DNA of 64,000 bases, from the NCBI GenBank assembly GCA_963778995.1, contig CAVZWK010000020.1, positions 431,570-495,569 on the forward strand, given 5' to 3'. Shown here one piece after another: positions 49,330-59,745 of this stretch. Position 1 is the first letter of the stretch; every line of letters starts with the position of its first letter. The notes under the pieces were generated by a model that was given only the letters and a program-made list of their open reading frames with translations, was not told the DNA's origin and ran no database searches. This stretch comes from Terriglobia bacterium. GTDB taxonomy: Bacteria; Acidobacteriota; Terriglobia; Terriglobales; Acidobacteriaceae. Both the position numbers and the translations under genes were made by a program.

Positions 49330-50058
49330 ATGACAGGCTTACCACTTGAGATTCGCGAAGTACGCGATGCGACGCTCGATTCCGTTCCCGATGAGCTGAA
49401 ACCGGGGATTGTGCACCTCTGGCAAAGATCGCTCCGCGCCACCGAAGAATCGATCCAAGCCTGCCACGATCTCCTTCTGCCCGAGGAACAGGAGAAGGCA
49501 TCACGCTACCGTGTCGAGCGACCGCGTGGAGACTACATCCTCACTCGTGGCTCGCTGCGTTCTCTGCTCGCAAGATATCTGCACACAAGTCCCCGCGAGA
49601 TTACTTTCCAGTACACCAAGTATGGCAAGCCCTTTCTCGCCAACTCCGGACTGCACTTCAACGTCTCGCACACTGACGGACTCGCCCTGCTGGCTTTCGT
49701 CTGGAAACGGTATATCGGAGTGGATGTCGAAAGAGTCCGCCCGCAGAGTGATGTGAAGGCGTTGGCCGAGCGCTTTTTTTCAGTCCACGAGCGCCGCAGC
49801 CTGCGCGGTCTTGCAGGGGACGATCTGCACGCCGCCTTCTTTCGCTGCTGGACGCGCAAGGAGGCCTACATCAAAGCCGTGGGTGAAGGCCTTTCGCTGC
49901 CGCTTCACCAGTTCGACGTCTCCATTGAACCGAACCCGGAGCAGGCTTTACTCGCGACCCGCCCGGATCCAATCGAGGCAAACCGCTGGACGATTCGGAA
50001 CGTGCCCGTCACATCAGGCTACGCCGCTGCGCTCGCCGTTGGCATAGAAATTGAATGA
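49330..50058 (+). CDS. 4'-phosphopantetheinyl transferase (Sfp/HetI type)
   Basis: FNVSHTDG ... GVDVE ... WTRKEAYIKAVG motifs. Confidence 0.85.
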   Translation: MTGLPLEIREVRDATLDSVPDELKPGIVHLWQRSLRATEESIQACHDLLLPEEQEKASRYRVERPRGDYILTRGSLRSLLARYLHTSPREITFQYTKYGKPFLANSGLHFNVSHTDGLALLAFVWKRYIGVDVERVRPQSDVKALAERFFSVHERRSLRGLAGDDLHAAFFRCWTRKEAYIKAVGEGLSLPLHQFDVSIEPNPEQALLATRPDPIEANRWTIRNVPVTSGYAAALAVGIEIE

Positions 50059-50479
50059 TGAACTTCTGGGCGCCAAAAGTAATAAGAAGAAAGTTTTCGC
50101 CGTAGATTACCCCGCAAGAATTTGCACAGTTGCCATTACAGGGGAAGAATCCCTTCCCAATCCTGCGCAAGCATTTGCACACCGATGCCTATAAAATCTG
50201 CCGCCAATGCGGAAAATCGCAGATTAACCTTTAATCCTTATCAATTTACAGTACAATGACAAAACCCTCATCGGCATGGCACGTGCGTGCCGTTAGAACA
50301 GCGAATTCTGTGGTGTAGACTGGATCTACTTTTTTGGGTCGATAGAACCCGCGGCAATTTGTAGTCTCGTGAGCATGTCCCCCCTTTACATGTCAGGAAG
50401 TCATCACTGATTCCCTCAGCGAGACTTTGATAGTTTTTGGCGATAAATCTAAACCGAAGAACCTGGGAGGCTTACACGC

Positions 50480-52227
50480 TTGTCCGCTTCTACTAGTCAC
50501 CTGATTGCTCCGCACGGCGGCGAACTCGTCAACCTGATGGCGACGCCCGAAAAAGCCGCTGAACTGAAAGCCCATTCGCGAGAGTGGCCATCTTGGGACC
50601 TTACCGCCCGCCAGCTTTGCGATCTCGAACTGTTGATGAGCGGAGGCTTTTCTCCGCTGACCGGCTTCATGACCAAAGCCGACTATGAGGGCGTGTGTAA
50701 GGACATGCACCTGGCCAACGGGCTGATCTGGCCGATGCCAATCACGCTCGATGTCACAGAAGATTTCGCCAAGAAAGCTGAGCCCCGGAAGCAGCAAGAT
50801 CGCCCTGCGCGATCCCGAGGGCGTCATGCTCGCCGTATTGCATGTCGAAGAAGTCTGGCAGCCCGATCGCGCCGCCGAAGCGAAGGCCGTCTTCAACAGC
50901 ACCAGCAAGGCTCATCCCGGCGCCGATTACGTAATGAACAAGTCCAACCCCTATTACGTGGGTGGACGCGTCGAGGGCCTGCAATCGCCTTCCCACTACG
51001 ATTTCCGTACGCTTCGTCTCACGCCCGCGGAGTTACGTGCTGAATTTGCCCGCCTCGGATGGCGCCGTGTCGTAGCCTTCCAGACCCGCAATCCTATGCA
51101 CCGCGCGCACGTCGAACTCACCTTCCGCGCCGCCAAGCAGGTCGAAGCGAACCTTTTGATCCACCCGGTGGTCGGTATGACCAAGCCCGGCGATGTGGAC
51201 TACTACACGCGCGTGCGTTGCTATCAGTTGCTGGGTTCGAAGTACCCGCAAGGGACGCAGAAGCTCTCGCTCCTCCCTCTTGCCATGCGTATGGGTGGAC
51301 CGCGCGAGGCGATCTGGCACGCGCTGATCCGCAAGAATCATGGCTGCACGCACCTGATCGTGGGCCGCGACCATGCCGGTCCGGGCAAGGACACCGACGG
51401 CAAGCCGTTTTACGGCCCTTACGAGGCGCAGGAACTCTTCAAGAAGCACGAAGCGGAAATCGGCGTCACCATGGTGCCCTTCAGCATGATGGTGTACCTC
51501 GAGGACGAAGATCGCTACGTGCCCGATGATGAAGTGAAAAAGGGCGACCGCGTTCTGAACATCTCCGGGACCGAACTTCGCCAGCGGCTCAACGAAGGCC
51601 GCGACATTCCTGGATGGTTCACCTATCCGGAAGTGGTTCACGAACTGCGCCGCAGCTTCCCGCCTCGCAGCTCAACAAGGCGTGACCATCTTCTTTACCG
51701 GGCTCTCTGGTTCCGGAAAGTCAACGATCGCCAACGTACTGCTGACCAAGTTCCTCGAAGTCGGCGGACGTCCCGTCACTCTGCTGGATGGCGACCTGGT
51801 ACGCAAGCATCTTTCGTCCGAACTCGGGTTCTCCAAGGAACACCGCGACATCAACATCCGCCGCATCGGATACGTCGCCTCGGAAATCACAAAGAATGGC
51901 GGTATCGCGATCTGCGCGCCCATCGCTCCCTACGATGCGACGCGCAAGCATGTGCGCCAGATGGTCGAGCCTTACGGCGGATTCATCCTGGTTCACATCG
52001 CGACATCCGTGGACGTCTGTGAGCAGCGCGATCGTAAGGGCCTGTACGCCAAAGCCCGTGCAGGCATTCTTAAGGAGTTCACCGGAATTTCAGATCCTTA
52101 CGAAGTTCCGGCAGATGCCGAAGTCACGATCAATACCGGAGAACTTTCCCCTGAAGAGGCAGCGCAGGAGATTATTCTGCACCTCGAACGCGAAGGATTC
52201 ATCGGTGTAAGCGGAGCCGCAGCTTAG
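50480..52227 (+). CDS. sat: Bifunctional sulfate adenylyltransferase / adenylylsulfate kinase (Sat-CysC fusion); frame broken twice (about 50790 and about 51670)
   Basis: QTRN and GRDHAG ATP-sulfurylase motifs; C-terminal APS-kinase P-loop GLSGSGKST; three ORF-track pieces are collinear. Confidence 0.85.
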
Positions 52228-52264
52228 CAGCGGAACGATCCGCTGCTGAAACGGATTCACTACT

Positions 52265-53041
52265 ATGGAAATGCTGGTTCTGAAAATCCTGGTAGGTTTT
52301 GTCGTCGGCATTCTCATCGGCTTGAGTGGCGTGGGGGGCGGCGTACTGCTGCTCCCTGTGCTCATCTTCGGATTGAGAATTCCAGCGATTGTAGCTGTCG
52401 GTTCTGACGCACTTTTCAATTTTTTCACGAAAATCCCGGCAAGCCTTCTGCACCTGAAGAAAGGAACGGTCAAGGGAAAGGTTGTAGCCGCGCTCGCTCT
52501 GGGCAGCGTTCCGGGGTCGATCTGCGGCGTGAAGTTACTGATCCACATCCGCCACCTTTACGGAGATGGCGTCAACAACTTCATCAAGACTGCAGTCGGT
52601 GCGCTGCTGATCATCGTTCCCTTGCTGTTGCTCTTCCAGAAGCGTATCGAAGAAAAAGTGTCCCACCGCCCGCCCACGATGAGGGGCTTCGCAGGGATGT
52701 CGCTGATTGGACTTGGAGCTGGATTCCTCGTCGGCATGACATCTGTAGGCTCCGGCAGCATCATCATGATGTTGCTCCTGCTGTTCTACAGTTTCCCGCC
52801 CAAGGTGAACGTCGGCACTGACATCGTTCACGCAGTCATTCTCACGGGGACAACCGGCCTGCTTCACTTCAGGGCAGGCAACGTGGATCCTTCGCTCGTG
52901 CTGACGCTGCTGATTGGCTCCGTCCCGGGCGGCTTGATCGGATCTCACCTCGCCACCCGCATGCCGATGGTCTGGCTGCGGCGTCTGCTCTGTGCACTGC
53001 TGCTGATTACCGGCGCGCGCATGTTGTGGCCCGCCCTCTAA
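52265..53041 (+). CDS. TauE/SafE family sulfite/anion exporter
   Basis: DUF81 tandem 4-TM repeats with GxGGG motifs. Confidence 0.85.
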   Translation: MEMLVLKILVGFVVGILIGLSGVGGGVLLLPVLIFGLRIPAIVAVGSDALFNFFTKIPASLLHLKKGTVKGKVVAALALGSVPGSICGVKLLIHIRHLYGDGVNNFIKTAVGALLIIVPLLLLFQKRIEEKVSHRPPTMRGFAGMSLIGLGAGFLVGMTSVGSGSIIMMLLLLFYSFPPKVNVGTDIVHAVILTGTTGLLHFRAGNVDPSLVLTLLIGSVPGGLIGSHLATRMPMVWLRRLLCALLLITGARMLWPAL

Positions 53042-53058
53042 AATCAACCAAGGACATC

Positions 53059-53874
53059 ATGACCTCTGCCTACGCTGACATTCTCAAGCGCATTGAATCC
53101 GCAATCGAAGCAGCACGCACCGTCTTCGCCCGCTTCACTCCCGGAGCGATCGAAACCGAATACAAGATCGGGCACGATCCCGTAACCGAGGCGGACCGTG
53201 CATTGGATACCGTATTGCGCCAGAACCTGCTGCGCGAAGGTGAGGGCTGGCTGTCCGAAGAGACCGTGGACGATCTTGCCCGTCTGGATAAAGCCAGGGT
53301 CTGGGTGGTCGATCCGCTCGATGGCACTCGCGAATTCGTTCAAGGAATTCCGGAATTCTGCGTCTCCATCGGCTACGTCGAAAACGGACGCCCTGTTGCG
53401 GGCGGCATCTGCAACCCTGCTACCCAGGAGACCATCGTCGGGGCGATCGACTGTGGAATCCTCTACAACGGCAAGCCTGCCCAGCCCAGTCAGCGCACTG
53501 CTTTGAAGGGATCTCTCATTCTGGCCAGCCGCAGTGAGGTAAAGCGCGGGGAGTGGCAGCAGTTCCAGACTGGCGAATATCAGATTCGTCCCATGGGCTC
53601 CGTGGCTTACAAGCTCGCGCTCGTCGCCGCCGGCAAAGCCGATGTCACATTTACGCTGACGCCGAAGAACGAATGGGATGTCGCGGCCGGAGCAGCTTTG
53701 GTGGTTAGTGCGGGCGGATTCGTCAGCACACTGGAAAACACTCCACTCGTATGCAACCGGAAGAATCCATTGCTGACAGGATTACTGGCGAGCGGACCAT
53801 CCTTGAAGGAAGAACTGCTGGCGGCAGTGCAATCGCATCTGCCGGTGTCGGCAGGCGAGACTAATCACCGATAG
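53059..53874 (+). CDS. cysQ: 3'(2'),5'-bisphosphate nucleotidase (inositol monophosphatase family)
   Basis: DPLDGT and WDVAAG motifs; located in the sulfate-assimilation cluster. Confidence 0.8.
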   Translation: MTSAYADILKRIESAIEAARTVFARFTPGAIETEYKIGHDPVTEADRALDTVLRQNLLREGEGWLSEETVDDLARLDKARVWVVDPLDGTREFVQGIPEFCVSIGYVENGRPVAGGICNPATQETIVGAIDCGILYNGKPAQPSQRTALKGSLILASRSEVKRGEWQQFQTGEYQIRPMGSVAYKLALVAAGKADVTFTLTPKNEWDVAAGAALVVSAGGFVSTLENTPLVCNRKNPLLTGLLASGPSLKEELLAAVQSHLPVSAGETNHR

Positions 53875-53929
53875 CGCCACAAAGGCGAGCGTCAGAGAAG
53901 GTGTCAACAAGACGTAGCAACCTACAACT

Positions 53930-54652
53930 CTACGATGAGAGTTGTGCCGATTCCGGACGCGACGGCTCCTGAATCGAGTACTTCAACAAGCACCATAAGG
54001 CGCGGAAACCATCCTTCCAGCCAATCTTCTTCCCTTCCGCGTAGGTTCTTCCCCAGTAGCTGATGCCGACCTCGTAAATCCGCAGCTTGCGTTTCGCTAT
54101 CTTGACCGTGATCTCCGGCTCGAACCCAAACCGGTCCTCGTCGATCGAAATCGACTGGATCACCTCACGCCGGAACACCTTGTAACAGGTCTCCATGTCG
54201 CTCAGGTTGAGATTGGTCAGCATGTTCGACAATGTCGTAAGAAACCAGTTCCCCACGGAATGCCAGTAATACAGCACGCGGTGAGGGCCACTTCCAAGAA
54301 AGCGCGAGCCATAGACCACGTCCGCCTGCCCGGACTCCAGCGGCCGCAGCAACAGCTTATAGTCGCTAGGATCATATTCGAGATCCGCGTCCTGAATAAC
54401 CACGTAATCTCCGGTCGCTTCCTGAATACCCCGGCGCAACGCGGCGCCCTTTCCCATATTCTGGGGCTGCAGCAAGACTCGTATTTGCGGAAATTGCTGC
54501 TGCAGTTCCGCCAGAATCTCGCGCGAACCATCCTTGGACCCGTCATCGACACAGAGCAACTCAATCTCAAGGCCAACCGCGAACACGCGCTCTACGATCT
54601 GCCGAAGAGTCGTCTGCTCGTTGTACACCGGCATGACAACCGAGAGTTTCAT
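53930..54652 (-). CDS. Family 2 glycosyltransferase (Dpm1-like)
   Basis: [10 protein letters not shown] ... DDGSKDGS ... QDADL GT-A motifs. Confidence 0.85.
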   Translation of the reverse strand: MKLSVVMPVYNEQTTLRQIVERVFAVGLEIELLCVDDGSKDGSREILAELQQQFPQIRVLLQPQNMGKGAALRRGIQEATGDYVVIQDADLEYDPSDYKLLLRPLESGQADVVYGSRFLGSGPHRVLYYWHSVGNWFLTTLSNMLTNLNLSDMETCYKVFRREVIQSISIDEDRFGFEPEITVKIAKRKLRIYEVGISYWGRTYAEGKKIGWKDGFRALWCLLKYSIQEPSRPESAQLSS

Positions 54653-54871
54653 TGGGAACGAATGATTCTACAGGAGGGGTTCGACGCCGGGGCGTCACAA
54701 AGCTGATCTGTTTCAGCCGCGACGCTCTCGGCTGCGCCCTCGCGGATGACAGCACGGTCGGATGAAGTATGCCTTAATCAAGATTCCCGCAATGAAACCC
54801 AGGTACTTCGGTGTGGTGTGGATTCCGCCGCAATCACAGAAGTTCGCTGGGATATCAGGCATAGTCGAGCG

Positions 54872-55294
54872 GTGCTGCGAAGGGTCAGTTCGGGTCGGGG
54901 GTTCCTGCTGCGGGGCCTGCTGGTGGTTCTTCTATTTTCGATGACAGCGCTGGCGCAATCGGTCCCCGACTCGCCGTCGTTCGCACATGCGCGATTCCTC
55001 GACAAGCCCAATATCGTACTTCTTAGCTCGCTGACCGCCTTCCAATCGCTCGACGCATACAAGACCGATCAGACGCTCGATGAAGGGGGTCGCGAGACCT
55101 GGCCCGTGGCTCGCCATTTCTGCCATTCGCGCGAAGGTCGAGTCGGCTACTTCTGGGCGAGCTACGCCATGACCATCGGAACCAGCTACCTGCTCCACCG
55201 GACAGGTCATCGCAAGCTCGCGCGCATGGCTTTGATTGCTGGAAATGTCTCCGCAGCCTCAGGATTTGCCTACACCCTGGCGCACACGCGCTAG
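54872..55294 (+). CDS. Hypothetical secreted protein; start uncertain
   Basis: Signal-peptide-like LLRGLLVVLLFSMTALA; no family recognised. Confidence 0.3.
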   Translation: MLRRVSSGRGFLLRGLLVVLLFSMTALAQSVPDSPSFAHARFLDKPNIVLLSSLTAFQSLDAYKTDQTLDEGGRETWPVARHFCHSREGRVGYFWASYAMTIGTSYLLHRTGHRKLARMALIAGNVSAASGFAYTLAHTR

Positions 55295-55333
55295 ATTGAA
55301 CACATTGTTGAGAATTGCAGGTGGAGAGAGCGA

Positions 55334-56395
55334 TCAGTCAGCTGCAATTTCCTGCTTGGGTGTAACGGAGCTCTGCTGCTTCACCATGCGGTTCGAGGGT
55401 AGCCCCGCGTCGCGGATCTTGTAGAGAAGCGCCCGATAGCTGATGCTTAGCGCCTTTGCCGCTTGCTTGCGATTCCAGTGATGATTCTGCAGAACCTTGA
55501 GGATCACTTTCCGCTCAAGTTCCCGAACCGCCTGCCGCGTAATTTTCTTCAGAGAAATCTGCCCGTCCACCGGAATATCGGTATTGAAGTAGTCCGGACT
55601 CCGCGGCGTCATATCCGCAGAGATCACTTCCTCGTTTCCGAGAATGACATAACGCTTCACCAGATTTTCCAGCTCCCGGATATTTCCCGGCCAGTGATAC
55701 TTCCGCAGCACTCCCATCATCTCGCCCGAGAGCGGCTGCGCACGGCAATTGTATTTCCGGTTGTAGTAGTCGAGGAAATAGTGAACCAGCTCGGGAATAT
55801 CGACGGCCCGCTCGCGCAACGGCGGCAAGTACAAATTCACGACATTGATGCGGTAGAAAAGATCGGAGCGGAACGTGCCGTTTTCAATTTCTTCTTCAAG
55901 CTTGCGATTGGTCGCGCAGACCACCCGGACTTCCACTTTTTTGTCTTCTTGCGCTCCTATGCGGCAGAACTGCCCGTCCTGCAGAAGCTGCAGCAGCTTC
56001 GACTGCAGAGACATATCCAACTCAGAGATCTCGTCGAGAAACAGCGTGCCGCGGTGGGCCATCTCCACGCGGCCCGGCTTCACTCCGTAGGCGCCAGTGA
56101 ACGCTCCCTTTTCGTAACCAAACAGTTCGCTTTCCAGCAGCGTCCCGGGAATCGCCGGACAATTCACTTTCACCCAAGGCCCAGTGCGCCACGGCGATGC
56201 GGCGTGGATCATGCGCGCAATAATGTCTTTGCCGGTCCCGCTTTCGCCCTGAATCAGCACCGGAACGTTTGCGCCCGCCAGCTTTTTGAGCCGCTCACGA
56301 ACCGCCTGCATGCCCTCGGTCCGGCCGAAAACGATCGCATCCGGGGGCATCTCCCCGAGAGGCTGGACGAGCGTATTTACGCTGCCTATGGTCAT
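55334..56395 (-). CDS. sigma54-dependent transcriptional activator lacking a receiver domain (PspF-type architecture)
   Basis: AAA+ sigma54-interaction domain with GAFTGA begins about 20 aa from the N-terminus; C-terminal Fis-type HTH. Confidence 0.85.
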   Translation of the reverse strand: MTIGSVNTLVQPLGEMPPDAIVFGRTEGMQAVRERLKKLAGANVPVLIQGESGTGKDIIARMIHAASPWRTGPWVKVNCPAIPGTLLESELFGYEKGAFTGAYGVKPGRVEMAHRGTLFLDEISELDMSLQSKLLQLLQDGQFCRIGAQEDKKVEVRVVCATNRKLEEEIENGTFRSDLFYRINVVNLYLPPLRERAVDIPELVHYFLDYYNRKYNCRAQPLSGEMMGVLRKYHWPGNIRELENLVKRYVILGNEEVISADMTPRSPDYFNTDIPVDGQISLKKITRQAVRELERKVILKVLQNHHWNRKQAAKALSISYRALLYKIRDAGLPSNRMVKQQSSVTPKQEIAAD

Positions 56396-56597
56396 GGATG
56401 GTATCTACCACTTGGGGGGAGATGACTTATGCTAGCATCCGGAGAGCCAATCGCTCGACGGCCCGTGCAGGACCATTCAAATTTAGACTATCTCCTTGCA
56501 GCTTATCAACTTACGAAAGAGCCGCGAGACGACACGCCGGTAACTTAAGGATGGTCGCAAGAGTAACACCTTCGGGGGTACCCTTGCGCAAACATTT

Positions 56598-56971
56598 TCA
56601 CACAGCGGAAAGCGCTTTCTTCCGGCGCACGGGCTTCGTTCCCAGCAGCAGGGGCTTGGAGAACTTCAGACCCAGCAGGTAATAGCCATCGGCAGGAGTG
56701 GTACGCAGGGTCTTGGCGCGCAGGGTTCTAGCCGCACGTGGCATATAGGCCATTGCGCATCGGCGCGCTGGGAATATCCAGCTGAACGTGAGGAATACGC
56801 GGAGGAATCCGCCGGATCGCGACCAGCATTCCGCCGGCGCTCACGTTCAGCGCCGTGGCAAACTCCAGGAATTCCTTGCCTTTCCCTTCCCGGCTGCGCA
56901 CAAATACGGGGATCGCCAAGCGGCAGCCTCGTCCACTTCCGCCGCTCCTTTTTTGATCCTGCCCCGTTCAT
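56598..56971 (-). CDS. PilZ-domain c-di-GMP receptor (about 124 aa); frame broken twice
   Basis: RRKWTR (RxxxR) motif in frame A, NVSAGG (D/NxSxGG) motif in frame B, and a plausible C-terminus in frame C. Confidence 0.45.
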
Positions 56972-57220
56972 GCAGACCTCTCCAATAGCCGTCTAAACGG
57001 GGAATAAGCACCTAAGGGCCAAATTTCGAACGTCCATTTCGGAAGCAGCCGTGACAGAACCAGGCTTTTCCAGAAAACAGGCATAAACCCCGAAAGGAAC
57101 TGCCATTTTCGGCCGTTCTGTTCTCCGTCTATTCGCTGTTTCGAGGGACACTCTCTCGGCTCCGCGACACTCAGAAGTGCAAGCTTTTGCTACACTTGGG
57201 TAATTCGGTATCATTTTTCG

Positions 57221-57249
57221 TTGACAAGCCGGATACCCTGCCTTACGAT
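57221..57249 (+). promoter_or_regulatory. sigma70-like promoter upstream of the histidine kinase gene
   Basis: TTGACA-17-TACGAT; the motif CGTTGACAAGC recurs at 57268-57278. Confidence 0.35.
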
Positions 57250-57325
57250 TTTTGTTGTCAGCACTCCCGTTGACAAGCTGAGTGCGGTTGAATCCTCCCC
57301 CCGTGTCAACCTGTGGTTTCTCCGC

Positions 57326-58247
57326 ATGGCCTCGACTCGCAAGAATTCGTGTTCTTCTGAAACCGGGACGGCGCTCGAATCATTGAGCAGCGTTGCCCTG
57401 CCGAGCGCAAGTGATCTTCCCAGTCCTGAGAGCCTCCTGCAGGAATACAAAGAACTTCGCGAACGCTTTCAGCGCACCACGAATGCCTTCGGCTCGGCTG
57501 CGCACGATCTGAAGACTCCTCTTTCAATCCTGAACGGCTACGTCGAACTCCTGCACAGCGAGAAACTCGGCCCCTTCAACGACCGCCAGCGCGAAGATCC
57601 TGAAAGATATGCGCGACAGCGGCAAGCGCCTGCAGCAGTTTATTCAGGACTTTCTCACTTACAGCGCTCTCGAAACCGGCGGCTTGCGCATGCAGTTCGA
57701 ATCGGCAAACATCAACGACTGCCTCTCGGGAGTCTGCCGTCTCTGGTCGAATCGCTTTCAGGAAAAAGGAATCGCCCTGTACTTCCTGGCGAACGACAAG
57801 CTGCCAATCTTTCCTTTCGACGCGCCCAAGCTCGAACGCATCATTTCGAACTTACTTGAGAATGCTTTCAAGTTCACGCCCAAGGGCGGCACAGTCTGGC
57901 TGCATGCCGAGCCCTACATGTGGGAGCGCCGCGCAGAGAGTCTGCCCTCAGGATCGGAGCGACGTCGCCAGAATGTCGCGCATCCAAACTCGGTAAAGGT
58001 CAGCGTCTCCGATACTGGGCCTGGCATTCCGGCCGAATTTCATCTGGAAGTTTTTGACGATTTCTTCCGCCTTCCCGGGAGCGAAACTCAGGAAGGCACC
58101 GGACTCGGTCTCGCCATCGCGCGCCGCCTTGTGCACGGCATGGGCGGAAAGATCTGGGTGGAAAGCGATCCCGGCGCGGGTTCTAAGTTCTCGTTTCTGA
58201 TTCCGTATAAGCCGGCTGTTGCCGCCGCCAGCAAGGGGAAAAAATGA
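57326..58247 (+). CDS. Sensor histidine kinase (HisKA + HATPase_c), cytoplasmic; frame broken once near 57600
   Basis: H-box AAHDLKTPL; N, G1 and G2 boxes (NLLENAFKFT, DTGPGIP, GTGLGLAI) in the second ORF piece. Confidence 0.8.
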
Positions 58248-59660
58248 TGAAGAATCACGCCAAGATCCTGCTGGTGGACGACGAACCCGGCATGCTGCGT
58301 TACATCAAGACGCTGCTGGAAGTTGACGACTACAAAGTCGAAACCGCCACTACCGGCGAAGAGGCGCTGGAAAAAATCGAAAAGGGACTGGAGCCTGATC
58401 TCGTTCTGCTCGATGTGCTCATGCCCGGCATCGACGGCCTGCAGACGCTGGAGCAACTGCGCCAGAAGAAGCCGTCCGCCAAAGTCGTCATGCTCTCCTG
58501 CGTCAACGACACGCGCAAAGTCGTGCAGGCGATGAAACTCGGCGCTCAGGACTATCTCACGAAGCCATTCCAGAAAGCTGAGCTGGATGCCGTCATCGAC
58601 CTGAGTCTCGGGCAGGGCAAGCAGACCTTCAGCGGCGAAATCGAAGAACTTGCGGACGATGTTTTCTTCATCGCGGCCAGTCCCGCGATGCGCAAAATTC
58701 GATCGCAAGCCGCGCTGGTCGCGAATGTTGACATTCCAGTTCTGCTGCTCGGCGAAAGCGGTACCGGTAAGGAAGTTCTGGCGCGCCTGATTCACAAGCT
58801 TTCGCCGCGCGCGCATCGCACATTCCTGAAAGTGAATTGCGCCGCTGTTCCTGCGGACCTGCTGGAGAGCGAACTCTTCGGATACGAGCCGGGCGCTTTC
58901 ACGGGGGCCACGCACGCCAAGCCCGGCAAGTTTGAACTCTGCAACAAGGGCACGATCCTGCTCGACGAAATCGGCGAAATGCCTCCGCTCCTGCAGGCCA
59001 AGCTGCTCCACGTTTTGCAGGACCAGCAGTTCTCGCGCCTGGGCAGCCGCTCGGTTATCAAGGTGGACGTCCGCATTCTGGCCGCAACCAACATCAATAT
59101 TCCCGAAGCGCTCGCCACCAAGCGCCTGCGCGAAGATCTCTACTACCGCCTGAACGCATTCACGCTGAGCCTGCCACCGCTGCGCGACCGCAAAGAAGAG
59201 ATCCCGATCCTGTCTGAAGCACTCGATGACGCGCATGGCCGAGCGCTACGCGCGCCCCCCTCTGCCGCTTTCTCCAGCATTGCTGCAGGCCTGCCAGAAC
59301 CATTCCTGGCCAGGCAATCTGCGGGAGCTGAACAATTTCCTGAAGCGCTATCTGATTCTCGGGGATGAGAACCTCGCCGTCAGCGAACTGCTGCCTCGCA
59401 ACGATGGCACCGGAGGCTTACACGGCGATTCACTCTCCAGAGCCAGCGAATCGGCTGGATTAAAGTCGCTAGGCACGCTCCGCAAAGGACGAAGCCGAAG
59501 CGCGTCGCTATTACTCACGCGCTGGAGCAGACGAACTGGAACCGCAAACAGGCCGCCGCACATGCTCCAGATCAGCTACAAGGCGCTGCTCTACAAGATC
59601 CGACAATACGGCATCGCTGAGATCAAGGGCGGTCACCACAAACTCTCGGCGGGAGCCTAG
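58244..59660 (+). CDS. NtrC-family response regulator (REC + sigma54 AAA+ + HTH); frame broken at least twice (about 59225 and about 59566)
   Basis: REC (LLVDDEP...D56-equivalent), GESGTGKE, GAFTGA, and C-terminal LQISYKALLYKIRQYGI recovered after a 1-nt shift. Confidence 0.85.
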
Positions 59661-59685
59661 ACCCAACTCAAGCTTAGCCCACAAC

Positions 59686-59726
59686 AAAAAGCCCACGCGT
59701 TGCGCGTGGGCTCATTTTTTCCGCTG
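59686..59726. terminator. Bidirectional intrinsic terminator between convergent genes
   Basis: aaaaa-GCCCACGCG-ttg-CGCGTGGGC-tcattttttcc; a perfect 9-bp GC stem flanked by A-tract and T-tract. Confidence 0.65.
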
Positions 59727-59745
59727 CCTGCGCACTACGGTACGG

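Noticed and set aside
55463-56425. 320-aa + strand ORF
   Set aside because: Antisense shadow of the sigma54 activator gene
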